Origin: Eledone cirrhosa
Lineage: Eukaryota
DNA length: 64,000 nt
Direction: 5' to 3'
Assembly (NCBI GenBank): GCA_964016885.1
Contig: OZ024746.1
Span: 54,188,001-54,252,000, forward strand
The position numbers were made by a program, and so were the translations under genes. Shown here piece after piece: positions 1 to 13,888 of the stretch (position 1 is the stretch's first letter; the number at the start of each line of letters is the position of its first letter). Under the pieces are notes generated by a model. That model saw only the letters and a program-made list of their open reading frames with translations. It searched no databases and was not told the origin of the DNA.

Positions 1-134
1 TACCATAACTTGTTCAAGTTACATGTGTCGTCTTCAGACGGAGACTCTCGGTCCAGTTTTAATTCAGGATCCTTTCCTGTGTCCTTTTCTAGTTAGCTTT
101 GTGGAACTTTATGCTAGAATATATATATATATTT

Positions 135-700
135 CTAGCGGTCTCTGTCCCTCATCATCGCTGCCATGTCCAGCGTCTCCAGTGCTTAGTGCATCAACAT
201 AAGTTAACCTCGGTCTTCCTCTTCCAGTGTGTCCATGCAGGGGCTCCCACAGGACCACTGAGTGCAGTGTCAACTCTGGATGTCGGTGAGCATGTCCAGC
301 TAAACTCAATCTCTTCTGTGTCACTTTCGAGCTGACTTTTGGGAGGCTCCCGTACAGCTCTGAGTTCCTCATCCTCAGTGTATCTGAGAAGATTACTAAT
401 ATAGGCGGGAAGCCGCTAGAATTGGTTGAGGACTTCCTGTATTTGGGAACAAAGATTGGGAATACGGAAGATGATGTGTTCGAGAGGAAGATCAAAGCCT
501 GGGCGGCGTGCCACAGCTTGAGATCGGTGTGGAAATCGGACCTTCGTAAATACCTGAAGATCCGCCTCTTCGTTGCTGTAGTGGAATCTGTGCTGCTGTA
601 CGGGTCTGAGACTTGTACACTGACCAAGAAACTCACTCAGATGGTGGATGGGTGCTACACGAGAATGCTGAGGATGACTCTGAACATTAATCAGTATGTA
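135..700. mobile_element. RTE-like LINE fragment with 5' inversion (3' part on minus ~135-385, upstream RT C-terminal part on plus ~385-700)
   Basis: Plus strand encodes LELVEDFLYLG...AVVESVLLYGSET...DGCYTRMLRMTLNINQY. Minus strand encodes the adjacent downstream part, RMRNSELYGSLPKVS...RLSLAGH..RHPEL...GRGRPRLTYVD. Homologous copy at 23863-24461. Confidence 0.85.
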
Positions 701-725
701 TATATATATATGCATATATGTATGA

Positions 726-770
<45 letters not shown>

Positions 771-1175
771 TTCACTATGGTGCCACCATTATCAAAGAGT
801 TGTATACAGCAGTCACCATTCTTTCCAGTAATTCCAACGTTTGATATGTGATCTGTGGTTGTTAATATTTAACAGATTACGTGGTTAACATTTCTGTTCA
901 GAGTCTTTGATGCGCTCTTCCTATATATAAAATGTTATATATAGATAATATATATTACATATATCTATGTACAAATGTATATTTATAGAATTCATATATA
1001 TATATATATATAAATATTATATTATTTATTCATGTTCATACAGGGAACAAAGGCGCATATATGGGTGTGTGTTTATATGTATGCATGTATATATATTCAA
1101 TATTTATATATAAATATATTTAGAATATATATATATACATATATATTCAATATTTATGTATAAATATATTTAGAA

Positions 1176-1281
<106 letters not shown>

Positions 1282-1579
1282 ATATATATAATTTATTCAT
1301 TCATATTCTACTCTATAACTCTATAACGTCTGCTGATGTCAGGATCTGACTTTTGAAGTGTGTGTATAAAGAATTATGGATGGCTCCAACAGTCAGAGAC
1401 CTTCAGATGTTATAACCTAGGCTACTTCGGTTTATCATTCTACTCCGTTATGGCTCTCACTCAGTTATTGTTGTTGTCGCTATTTGTTTTTAGCTCAGGG
1501 TTGTCCGATTTCAGAAGCCCCATGATCAAACGAAAAGAAAATTATTGAATATCATCACAGAACCAACAAACAAAATTAT

Positions 1580-1720
1580 TTGGAAATATAATGAGAAGAA
1601 GGGTGTTCCTGGAACATCTGGTAACGACAGGAAAGCTTATAGAAAAATAAGAAATACAGGCAGGCAACTATTCAAACTGATTGATGGGTTAACGTCTTGT
1701 CTAGCGGCTTGTGGCTTATC
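1580..1720 (+). mobile_element. degraded LINE 3'-end fragment (related pieces at ~3670-3950 and ~4120-4250)
   Basis: Translates roughly as FGNIMRRRVFLEHLVTTGKL...GRQ...DGL, a typical LINE ORF2 C-terminus, with stops and frameshifts. Confidence 0.5.
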
Positions 1721-1839
1721 GTAGTATCGTTGTAGCTTATGCTAGTGCAGCTGTGGTGTATTGTATGGTAGTGATTGGGGTATTGTATGGTAGTGTTGCT
1801 GTGGTGTATTGTAGTGTTGCTGTGGTGTATTGTAGTGTT

Positions 1840-2590
1840 TGGTGTGTTGTATGGTAGTGTTGGTGTAGCGATTGCTAGCGTTGCTATGGTGTATGGTAGT
1901 GTTTGGTGTGGTATATTGTAGTGGTTGGTACGTTGTATGGTAGTGTTGGTGTAGCGATTGCTAGCGTTGCTCTGGTGTATGGTAGTATTTGGTGTGGTAT
2001 ATTGTAGTGGTTGGTACGTTGTATGGTACTGTTGGTGTAGCATATGGTAGCGTTGCTGTGGTGTATGGTAGTGTTTGGTGTGGTATATTGTAGTGGTTGG
2101 TACGTTGTATGGTAGTGTTGGTGTAGCATATGGTAGCGTTGCTGTGGTGTATGGTAGTGTTTGGTGTGGTATATTGTAGTGGTTGGTACGTTGTATGGTA
2201 GTGTTGGTGTAGCATATGGTAGCGTTGCTGTGGTGTATGGTAGTGTTTGGTGTGGTATATTGTAGTGGTTGGTACGTTGTATGGCAGTGTTGGTGTAGCG
2301 TATGGTAGCGTTGCTGTGGTGTATGGTAGTATTTGGTGTGGTATATTGTAGTGGTTGGTACGTTGTATGGCAGTGTTGGTGTAGCGTATGGTAGCGTTGC
2401 TGTGGTGTATGGTAGTGTTTGGTGTGGTATATTGTAGTGGTTGGTACGTTGTATGGCAGTGTTGCTGTAGCGTATGGTAGCGTTGCTGTGGTGTATGGTA
2501 GTGTTTGGTGTGGTATATTGTAGTGGTTGGTACGTTGTATGGCAGTGTTGCTGTAGCGTATGGTAGCGTTGCTGTGGTGTATTCTAGTGT
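1840..2590. repeat. 86-bp GT-rich minisatellite, about 8.5 copies
   Basis: TTGGTACG recurs at 1925, 2011, 2097, 2183, 2269, 2355, 2441 and 2527, an exact 86-bp period. Confidence 0.95.
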
Positions 2591-2714
2591 CTGGTGCGTT
2601 TTATGGTAGTGTTGCTGTGGTGTATGGTAGTGTTTGGTGTGTTGTATTATAGCGTTTGGTGTGTTGTATGGTATGGTAGTTTGGTGTGTTGTATGGTATG
2701 TCAGGCTGACCTCG

Positions 2715-2885
2715 ACTACTACTAGTAACATGTAACCGAGTACAACCTATCCCGGGTCGTTGGCAACTAAACCGGTAACACCACCAAGCTTGGTGAGGAG
2801 GGTGTTATTTGGACATCCTTCGGGATGAAATACAAGACCCGGCAAAGGGCGGAAGAACTCAGCAGACTCAATGGCCATCCAAATA
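2715..2885 (+). mobile_element. dispersed repeat, with a homologous inverted copy at ~45325-45500
   Basis: TAACATGTAACC..GTACAACC..GGGTCGT..CTAAACCGG..TTGGTGAGGAGGGTG matches the reverse complement of 45325-45500. Confidence 0.7.
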
Positions 2886-4289
2886 GTAGTTTTCTTTTGT
2901 TTTGTTTTTTTTCACCTGGGAGTGAATGGCTCCCAGTTGTTGTCACAACACATTTCTAAGAGAGGGAAACTGTGAAAAGAAAAAAACAAAAAAACTGCGG
3001 CTTCGGAAACATTCGATGATGCTGACCAGTTCTCCTTTTCGGGAAGTGTTTTTGATGCTCAGAGCGAGGGATTGGTCGAGTGCAAGGCCTTTCCCCACTT
3101 AAAAAGCCTTCAAAGCATAAGAATTGCTCGTTCAGGTTATGCTACAGGTTCGTGTGGCTGGCCGTAACCTAAGAGTACACCATTTTATGTAATCTGACGA
3201 GCGATTGCAATGCTCTTATCAGAGTTTGCCGCCATCATGTTAGTGTGGGTACAGCACATAGTAGTGTTTTTGTGGTATGTGGTAGGGGTTGGTATGTTGT
3301 ATAGTAGTGTTGGTGTTGTGCATATTACTTATTGGTATGTCGTCTGTTTCTCGTGGTGCAGCGTATGGTAGTTATGGTAGGTTTTGTGTTGTATGGCAGT
3401 GTTGGAATGGTGCTTGATAATTGTTAGTATAAAGTATAGTAGTGTTAGTGTGAAGTATGATAGTGTTGCTGTGATATATGGTAGTCTTGTGTGAAGCATG
3501 GTTGTGTTGATGTGGTAAATGGTATTTGTTCGTGTGAGGCTTGGCTGTGTTGTTGTGATGTATGGTAATGTTGGCGTGCTGGATGGTATCGTTTGTGTTT
3601 CATGGTAGTGTTGAGTTTTTGTTGTGTTGAGTTGTATCATAGCATTGGTGCTGTAAGTTATTGCTGGTGTTATCTTTCGCTATGTAAAGGAACAAGAGTT
3701 CGCTGGAACATCTGGTTACAAGTGGAAAAGAAATAACGTCAGGCAAAGATTAAAATATATGGATGGTTTAACATCTTCGCTTGTGGAAGAAACGCCAACA
3801 ACTATAATCCTGATTGATAGGGACCGTACGAAATGAATTTATAAACAAACTTCTTTAGGAATAGTATGACGACGAAGAGAGTCCCTGGAACATCTTGTAA
3901 TAAAAGAAAGGATTATAGGCGGAGGAAGTAAAGACAGACAAAGGTAATCTGCTCTACAGCAGGAAACTACAAAACAATCTTAAAAACTCCAAAAGAGTGC
4001 TATAGATGCACTATGATATAAAGTAGTTATATCATTCTAAAATTGCAAATTTGAACAAATATCTGTCTATTTGTAAAGATACTATAGATATCATTTTACT
4101 AAATTATTACAGGATGTTAAAAGTTAAAACTGATGGTTGGTTTAACATCCTGGTTAGTGACAGAAAGGGCCATAACGACTATCCAGATGTTTAGAGACTG
4201 TACGAAATGCCGAGATATGATCGATGGCACTTGTTGCAGAGCATGTCATCTAATTGATTGATTTATTAATTGATTAATGATGAAAAGCA

Positions 4290-4625
4290 TTCAAACCACA
4301 GCGAATCCATCGGTTTCCCTTCCAGATGTGAGCTGGATCTCCGTCAATTCCAGTTGTATGATCAACTGAATAGCTTGCTTGTGAAATTAACAAGTGGTTG
4401 AGCATCCCATTGATATCTAACTGATATTTAACAAAGCTCCCACATCATTTCAGCATGACACAGTGTGGTTGAAACTGTGAAGAATAGGTACAATTAATAT
4501 TTTTTTCAGGCGGAATGGACTGGAGTGATGTGAAATAAATCATCACACTCAAGGACACAACGTGCCACCGAGAATCGAAATCATGACTGTACGTTCTTGA
4601 ACTGACCATCCTAACCACTAAGCCT
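4290..4625 (-). mobile_element. tRNA-derived SINE (family 2), degraded
   Basis: Minus strand begins GCTTAGTGGTTAGG...GATTTCGATTCTC (A/B-box-like). Similar to 45590-45945 and to the head at 33988-34060. Confidence 0.65.
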
Positions 4626-5009
4626 CTTTGCTTGCTCTGGGATATATTGTATTTAGAAATACGTCATATGTCTCTCGCTTCTTTAGTATAGTTAAAGGAT
4701 GGTGTGAAGGAGATTTAGTTAATAATTCTAAGGTCGAGTGACGAGATAGTTTCTTCTTCATTAACATGATTTAGTTTTTGTTATTGGTGATAATGATGAT
4801 GATGATGATGATAATGATGATGATGATGATCGTGGCGTGGGTGGCAACGAAGATATAAATGCTTTATAAACGAGATTATATCAAATGTTATTTGACTTTC
4901 TAAAATCTTTATTCATATATATATACACACCCATATACATATATATATATACACCCACGCACATATATACATACAAATACGTACACACATCTCTCTCTCT
5001 TTCTCTCCC

Positions 5010-5048
<39 letters not shown>

Positions 5049-5489
5049 ATATATATATAATTATATATATATACACACACACACATATATATATGTATAT
5101 ATATAAAGCTATATATATATATGGCAAATCTATATAGACACATATAATATATACAGACACGCAAACATGGACACAGAAAGATGCATATATATATATATAT
5201 ATGCATCTTTCTGTGTCCATGTTTGCGTGTCCGTATATATTATATGTTTCTATACAGATTTGCCATTTCCTTGTTCCTTATCATAGGCAGTGAATTATTG
5301 AAGCAACAGTGTATTTTCTCACCCTCTTTGTTCCTACTGTCAAGAATTTATCAGCTCTGATTTACGCTGATGACTCAAACCACACTCTGTGAGATTCGTG
5401 ATTATCTTTGCAGCCACTTCTAAATAACATTCCTATATAAGAAATCATTATTATAGATGTTCATTGTTTCAATAGTAAACAGTATTATC

Positions 5490-6270
5490 ATAACAACAGC
5501 AACAACGGCGACTTCAATAACAGCACCAGTAAGAACAACAACAACAACAATCAGGAACAGCAACAACACAACCACCACCACCAACACCACCACCACCAAC
5601 ACCACCTACAACAACACCACCTACAACACCGACACCACCACCACCACCACCACCACCACCACCAACACCACCCCCACCAACACCACCGCCACCACCAACA
5701 CCACCTACAACAACACCACCAACAACACCACCACCACCACCACCACCGCCACCACCAACACCACCAACAACAAGACCACCAACACCACCACCACCACCAC
5801 CACCACCACCACCACCACCACCACCAACACCACCTACAACAACAACACCTACAACACCGACACCACCACCACCAGCACCAACACCAACACCACCACCGCC
5901 ACCACCACCACCACCATCACCACCACCAACACCACCACCACCAACACCACCACCACCACCACCACCACCTACAACACCGCCACCAACACCACCACCACCA
6001 CCGCTACCACCACCAACACCACCACCACCACCAACACCACCACCACCACCAACACCACCACCACCACCAACACCACCACCACCAACACCACCACCACCAC
6101 CACCACCACCACTTACACCACCACCACCAACACCACCACCACCGCTATCATCACCAACACCACCACCACCACCACCACCACCAACACCACCACCACCAAC
6201 AATAACACCACCACCACCGCCACGACCACCAACACCACCACCACCACCACCACCAACAACAACAACGACG
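5490..6270. repeat. (ACC/AAC)n trinucleotide microsatellite, about 780 bp
   Basis: Direct reading; it generates the poly-Thr and poly-Gly ORFs in the track. Confidence 0.95.
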
Positions 6271-6276
6271 ACAAAA

Positions 6277-7230
6277 AAGGTTTCTGATTTTGGCAAAAGC
6301 CAACCAAATTAGGGAGGGGTAAATCGATTAAATTAATTCCAGTATGTTTCTGGTATTTTATTTTATCGACCCCGTATGGATGAAAGGCAAATCTAATATC
6401 GGTGGGATTTGAACTTCAAATATTAACGGCCGTAGCTCCATGCCACGAAGCATTGTGTCCGATGCTCTACCGTTATTGCCAATCCACCACCATAATAAAA
6501 ATAGTTTCTTGTTTAAGCACAAGGCCAACAATTTGGGAGTAGAAAGTCGATTAAATCGACTCCAGTACATTATTGGTACCTTATTTTATTGACACCGTAA
6601 GGATGAAAAGCAAAGTTGACCTCGGTGGGATTTGAACTCAGAGCGTAAAGGGGCGTAACCCTATGCCATAAAACGTTGTTCGGCGTTCTAATGAAATTTC
6701 CTATCCACTGCCCTCTTAATGATAATAATTGTTTCTACTTTTGGCACATGGCCAGCAATTACCCCAGTCCATTACTGGTACTTTATTTTATCGACCCCGT
6801 AAGGATGAAAGGCAAAGTTAACCTCGACGAGATTTGAACTCAGACTGTAAAGGGACGTAACTATGCTGGAAAGCATGGCGTCCGACCCTCTACAGATACT
6901 ACCAATCCACGCATCTTAATAATAATATTTGTTTCTACTTTTGTCATAAGGCCAGCAATTTTTCAGTGTATTACTGGTACTTTATTTTATCGTCCCCATA
7001 AGGATGAAAGGCAAAGTTAACCTCGGCGGGATTTGAACTCATGATAATAATAATTGTTTCTACTTTAGGCACAAGGCCAGCAATTACCCAGTGCATTACT
7101 GGTACTTTATTTTATCGACCCCGTAGGGATGAAAGGCAAAGTCAACCTCGGCGGGATTTGAACTCAGATCGTAAAGGGACGTAACTATGCTGGAAAGCAT
7201 GGCGTCCGACCCTCTACCGATACTGCCAAA
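6277..7230 (-). mobile_element. cluster of five SINE family-1 copies in tandem
   Basis: The core TTTTATCGACCCCGTAAGGATGAAAGGCAAAGTTAACCTCGGCGGGATTTGAACTCAGA repeats at ~6360, 6585, 6787, 6985 and 7110. tRNA-like head with B-box GTTCAAATCC on minus. Confidence 0.9.
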
Positions 7231-9320
7231 TAATAATATCAATATGTCTGTCTGTCTGTGTAACCGCATGCATTTCTACATTTTACAACCGATTTGCACC
7301 AAATTTTATACGTAGGTTTCTGAAGTCTTATTACGTGTCGTAGGCCATGTTATTTTTCCGTACATCGATTATTGGCCCCCAACCCCAGGGCCAGATAACC
7401 CCTTAAGCCCCTCGCTTGGAGTCAGCAGTACTACTGCATAAAGGCCCCATAATTCCTGCAGTTTGCCTCCCATCTTCACAAAAATTAATATTTTGTTTGG
7501 TTATCGCCTACAAATATATATGCAGGCTTACACTTGCTTAGAGATTCGGGTAGGGGACCCCTTGGGGGGCAGTAAACCGACTTGAATGTTGAAGTTGATA
7601 TCATCAATGCAACAAAACGTCATTACTTCTTGAGTTGGTGTTTGGCTTTCACGAAGCGAGACGTATTGGTTACCCATGGCTTATAAAGGAAGGAAACTCA
7701 TGAACTTTTACTTGAACTTATCACCCCCCCCCCCCCCCCCCCCCGACTTATCTATTGAAGTTCACATTAACACTGTATTAGTACCTGATAACTTTTGAAG
7801 TTTACATTCGATTTAACTTTACAGGACACATTGGTTAACCGTTGCCTAAAGATGATGTTGAAGACACTGTCTATACCCGGAACAAGCAAGGGGAACCCCA
7901 GGGAGCAGAAAGCCCCGGCGAGTCATTTATTGAATTTGGTTATTGTAATGCAGCAAAGCGTCATAGCTTCGATAATTGGTAGTCCAATAAAATGAATTTC
8001 GGCTTAGTTGATATTCATGTATTACAGATGAAGATACACTGAGGCATATTTACCTTCATTTCAATTCAGCAAGAGGACCCACTCGGGGACAATGAGCCTA
8101 ATTCATTAACCTATAAAAGTTCAAACTGCCACAATAAAAAAGCACCACAACCTCGGGAGTTTATACTTGATGATTCTTACAAATACTGAACGAAATGGTT
8201 GCCTGCCTTAGGATAAAGCACCACACATTCATTATCATTTGAATTTTTCAAGGGAAACCCCTAGGGGCTCACTTCCCTCCTGGTCGCAGCAAAGCATTTC
8301 AACTTCTGTAAATAAAAGTCAATTTAAACGAAAGTTGACGCATCGGTTACTCATGTCCTACAAATGGAGTAGCAAATTTTTAAATCCCCTGACTTAACTT
8401 TAATTTGTTTAGTTAACTTTAGGATGATTGAATTGAATTTTGCACCCGGTTGTCACCACAATTAAGTGCGGAATGGGCAGTTAAAATTTTTTCCTTGAAC
8501 TTTGGCGACATTTCACACTCCTAACCAAGAAAGCGCGATTTAACGCAGGTGTACATTTTAACGCCTACTGTATGTGGTTTGTGCTATTTCACATTCATGC
8601 CTAAACTGTGCGAATGATTGATTAGTTTTTGCACGCGGTTGTCTCCTCCGTTTAATTACACCTCAATTAAGTGCGAAATGGCGACCTCTGGCCAACCAGA
8701 CATCAGTGAGCTGTGTTCAGTAGATTTCATCACACTTATTTGTATTATCTAACCAATCAGACAAGTCGAGTGTTGTTCATTGAGCGAAATCACTCCTATT
8801 TATATCAGTCAAGTCCAACCTAGGATCACACTTCTTTTTTGGCTTTTGACAAGTGGTAGGGTTTTTTTACATGCGTACTCTCATAAGCTACCCCATGTTT
8901 CTGAAACGCATGTTTCTTCAACATTTGTCACCTTAAAGGAGGTATAGTTAATGTGTTTGTGATCATAAGGTTCCAGTTTATCATGCTGTGATTTTTCGGC
9001 CATTTTTGCCTGTATCCTTTCAATGGTTAGTACTTACTTATTGCTATGTTCGAACTGAACAAACATACTGACACTTATATACCTACCACTGTAGCCACAC
9101 TATTTAATTTCCTTTATCACAGGTAGTTCGTATGCTGCGTTGCCCCTAAATTAAAACCTGAAATTTGACTGGTACACAAAATCTTGCAAAACATACCCAC
9201 TTTCTCAGACCACATAGATTTATCCCATTTTTTCACAAGTTATATCCGTGTTTAGATTTGCTTATTTAAACGTTATTTGTCCACTATTTATCGTACTCAC
9301 TGGTTAATTTTCTAAAAACA

Positions 9321-12300
9321 ATGCTCCCCGAGAAAAGAACTTTCATTGGTCGATTATCTAATGATGCATGTGGGTCTAAGCTAAGGCGTCTCACCGAAGA
9401 TGTAAATGCGACTGCGATCAGGCTCTCACAGAATGCTGTGCCGACGGCTGCTGCAAGAGCGGAGGAGGATGACAGTCGGCGTGAACTTCGATGGAACAAA
9501 GATGTTGCCGCGACTGCTGCTGCACGCGCTCGAGAGTATGGAAGACGACGTACCGTTCGACGAAGGAGGGACGCGGCTGCAACATCCGCTGCTCGCGCTC
9601 GAGAGGATGGAAGACGACGCGCCGTTCGACGAAGCAGGGACACCGCTGCCACTGCTGCTGCACGAAATGCTGAAACCATAGAGGAACGACGTGGTCGACT
9701 TCTGCAAAGTGAACAGCGGCGATTATCGTTACGTGGCATTTCTAGGTGGCAATTCACGATGGTTGTTGAAGGCCTTTAACTACGACCCCTCCTCCGACTA
9801 CGCCGTCCATGCAGATATTCAAATTGGGGAAATGACCTCTAATTGGCAGTTTTGTCGTACGAAAAAGTGGCCAGGGGAGAGAGATGGAATGTGCTGTTCA
9901 AACGGTATAGCTAGACTACCACCTATTCACGACCCTCCGGAGACATTGCAACTCCTTTTGACAGACACGACGGAGGAATCAGCAAAGCTTCTGCGTAATA
10001 TCCGCCGCTACAATTCCGTATTTCAGATGACATCCTTCGGAGCAAAGTTTTCCCCGGAACGTGGGTTTATGCCAACTTTCAAGGTCCAGAGGCAGATCTA
10101 CCACTTGATTGGGTCTATTCAGACTTTGGCAGAAAAGGATCCTCAATTTCTTCAGTTATACTTCGTTGGAAACTATCAAGAGCAGGCAGAGATGCGAAAC
10201 TCTATTTCGTCCGAAACTAACATTGAAACCATAATAAAACTTCAAGAAATGCTTCATGATAAAAACAGCTATGTTCGCAGTGTCAAGTACGCTTTGGAAA
10301 GAGCCACCGACACAAATTTAGTGTGGTCATACATGCTGACCGAAGGCCTTCTTGAGAACACGCTGGTCGGTTCAACGCACCAACATGTAATGAGATTGCT
10401 GCGGTTATTTGTGCTGAACAGCACTGAGACAGCACATTACAGCGTATCAATGAGACACACAGGTCCTATGATGAACTCTAGTATCCATTGCTATTTGTCA
10501 ACGGCGAGGACGGATACCATTTCGGCATTCCTCAACATTCAGCAGGCAAGGGTGAGGCACATCTTAGCAAAACTGTCACTTGCATGGATTTCTACGCTTT
10601 CCGATTTATGGTAAGGGACGATTCATTCAACCATCTACACCAGGGGTTGGCAACCTTTTGGAGAGAGAGGGCCAAACAGCTATGCAGTGTCATGGAGGAG
10701 GGCCATGTTATTAAATATGTAAATAAATGTTCTGGAGGTTTAAAGAAAAACAAGGAATTTAATATAATTTTATTTTAACAAGGCCCCTTATTTTACTGCA
10801 GGAATAACAAAAAAAAAAAAGAAAAAAAATACAAACACATTCAACAAAAAAAAGAAGCAAATTCCTTATTTTTCTGCAGGAATAACAGAAAAACATCTAC
10901 TATCACAATCAACAAAAAAAAGAAAAGCAAATTCCTTGCTACAAACGAAATACAGTTAGAAATGGTAAATGATTTAATGAGACACTTGTTTCTGCTTATT
11001 GTGCGATAACTTCTCCACATCAGGTGAAATATTTGTCGATGACAGGAGCAAAACATCATCCAGGTGGTCGTCACGCAACCTTGTTCTTAAAAAGTTGTTC
11101 ACAAGGATATGTACTTCCAAATAATGATATCATCAGTTTCACATTAGTCAAGATGTTTTTATATTTTCCGCTTGGATATATATATTTCTTGTAGAAGCAA
11201 ACACATTTTCCGAAGTGCTCAATGAAAAAATAACTAAGTGTCTAGCCATCGTTAAAAGTTCGGCACTCCAAATCCACTTTTCTTTTCTTAGCTACCATGG
11301 GCTTGTTTTTGTTCAAACAAAAAAGATTTATGGAAAGGAAAAAGAACAAAAAGTATAATAATCAGAATGAAGAAATATAAAACAGTGAAAACAAATGTAA
11401 ATGCAAATACAGTAATGCGATAAAATATGATAATTGTGAATAAATTATATAAAACCAGGTTTCTAACGACGTTGTTAGATCAGGGTTGCCATTTGTTTTT
11501 TTAAACCACTTTTGGCCTAATTCTAATAATAATAATTCATACAGTTTATCACAAATAATTAAATAAACTTTATTATCGAATAAAGATACCTATTGTATAG
11601 TTGTTATACCACCAGACAACAAACTCAAATGAAAATACTCTGGGGAGGAGGGAACGAAGTAATTTTTCCAAGTTTACCTTGTGCCGGGGTCAGGCAAACG
11701 AAGACAACAATAATTCACAAGTGATTTTATTGAATGACAATATGGGTATAAAAGCGAGTCATGCGAACCGTAAGGAAGTATACCTTCCAATCGTTGACGA
11801 AAATGTATACTTCCAGCCAACATTTGTGTTTGTTGACTGGAACAAAAACACATACATGAAATCACAGGAAATAATAATACAGGTGAAATAATGCTTGGCG
11901 GAAAGCTCAGAAAAAGATGGATAAGAGGAAATAATAATAAATGGAAAATATAATAAGGTTACAAAGGTATCTGTAAATATATACGGTATTAGCTGCGATT
12001 TGTGATGGACATCAGGTCGGCACAACCTTGAAGTGAACTACTGTATCTGTATTCGATACTAATTAGATAATTAGTGTCCAGTGTAAGATGGCAGGTCGGA
12101 CAAAAATCACTCAAGGGCCGGATGTGGCCCGCGGGCCCGGGGTTGCCGAGCCCTGATCTACACCGTTCTCGGGACCTTTTCCAACAATTTGCTGTTGATA
12201 TGGCCGTTAAAATGGAGTCCGAGAGATTATGGTTCATTAAATTAAATCAAAAGAAAATTCGATCTGAATGCTACATTCATCTACGCGATGGAATTAACAA

Positions 12301-13510
12301 CGACGTATCTCCAGACAATTTAGGGCAAGTGTGTATTTTGCCTTCAACGTTGACAGGTGGACTCCGATACATGCACGAGAGGACTCAGGATAACTTACGT
12401 ACGACATTATGGGCACCCCTACCTTTACATAACGTTTACATGCAATCCCAAGTGGAAGGAGATTACAAACGAACTGTTCCACGGTGAAGCGCCAAGACAC
12501 AGGCATGATCTCATAGCAAGAGTGTTTCGCTTGAAATTATCCAAATTAATGGATTTATTAAAGAAAGGACAGGTTTTGGAGCCTGTCAAGTGCGACATGT
12601 ACACGGTTGAATGGCAGAAACGAGGGCTGCCGCATGCCCATATCTTGATTTGGTTGGTTACAAAAATCAGTTCAAAGTACATCGACAAATTCATTTCTGC
12701 CGAACTACCTGATCCGTCGATTGACAAGGACCTCTTCTCTATAGTCACATCAAACATGGTCCATAGTCCTTGCGGACATGGACTCAATATGAAGTCCCCG
12801 TGCATACACAACGGAAAGTGTGCAAAACGATATCCCAGGCCGTTTTTACAGGAAACACAGACTGGCGGTGACGGAAACTACACTCACTGCCTGGTGGCAG
12901 GACGGCCCATTCTGCCTTCAGGCTTCCTCTCAACGTGGCATCATCTGAGACACCTACGTGCAACATCAGCAAGTCTTCCGGAAAAGCACTGGTGTTAAAG
13001 CGCTGACTACTAATTGTTTGGGACGAATGCACAATGGCCCGCAAGGCGGCTTTCGAGGCATTAGACCGGTCACTCAGAGACATCTGGGACTGTCAAGAAC
13101 CAATGAGAGGTGGCACTTTCCTGTTATCTGGGGACTTCCGACAGACTCTTTCCAACGGCACGCGTCTGGTCGTCCAAAAGGCGATGCCTCATGCTATTGA
13201 GGCAACAATACTTACATTATGTGGTAAGGGGGATACTGTCTTCATACCAAGGATACCTCTCATTCCATTCGGAAAAGACATTCCCTTCACATTCAGAAGG
13301 CTGCAATTCCCTCTCCAGCTCAGTTTCACCATGTCGATTAACAAATCACAGGGTCAGACGCTGACGGTCGTAGGGCTTAATTTAGAAGAACCGTGCTTCT
13401 CCCATGGTCAACTATATGTTGGCTGCTCTCTAGTGGGAAGCCGACATAACCTATTTGCTTTTGAAACTCACGAGAAAACCCAAAATATAGTTTATAAGGA
13501 AGTTTTGTAG
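9321..13510 (+). pseudogene. Helitron Rep/helicase pseudogene (frameshifted, internally deleted, interrupted by hAT)
   Basis: N-terminal R/A-rich repeats; Zn-finger-like FC..KKWPGE..GMCCSNG; YNSVFQMTSFG; LFQQFAVD; YITFTCNP; HUH motif VEWQKRGLPHAHIL; PIF1-type motifs GRTAHSAF, IVWDECTM, SGDFRQ, SINKSQGQTL, FSHGQLYV; ends NIVYKEVL*. Confidence 0.93.
10641..12155 (-). mobile_element. non-autonomous hAT (Charlie/Buster-like) DNA transposon nested in the Helitron
   Basis: TIRs CAGGGGTTGGCAACC and GGTTGCCGAGCCCTG (13/15 match). 8-bp TSD ATCTACAC at 10633-10640 and 12156-12163. Minus-strand transposase C-terminal remnant MISLFGSTYPCEQLF...NISPDVEKLSHNKQKQVSH* at ~10974-11133. Confidence 0.93.
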
Positions 13511-13888
13511 GCACCCCATCCGCCAACAAGTAATCGCTGTTTTCTTAATGTATAAGTGCTTGCATTTGCAGTATCTGTGTGCTAGTTTTGTCCTTTTGAC
13601 AATGCCACGTACGCCTGTGAGGTTGCTTTTGCTATACGTTATATATGTTCAATGTCTCCGTTTCCGCATTTATATGTTGCTATTACGCTTTGCTATCGAT
13701 GTTCCGTAGTTTTAACCTAATTAATCTACTTTTCTCTACATCTTATTTAAACATTCTTTTGACATTCCAGCGTGATCTTGCCAAGCCCGTTTTTGTGGCC
13801 ACCGACTGTTACATGCTTTTCTAGGTTACAATCTCAAATAACAATCAAAGCAAATACGACACACCAAAGTGGTGTGAAGGACTTCTTA

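Noticed and set aside
1672-2731. Repetitive His/Thr/Tyr ORFs
   Set aside because: The 86-bp unit is not a multiple of 3, so the frames cycle; this is a non-coding minisatellite.
5457-6296. 276-aa Thr-rich mucin-like ORF and antisense Gly-rich ORF
   Set aside because: Pure (ACC)n microsatellite read-through that runs into a SINE tail; no signal peptide or splice evidence.
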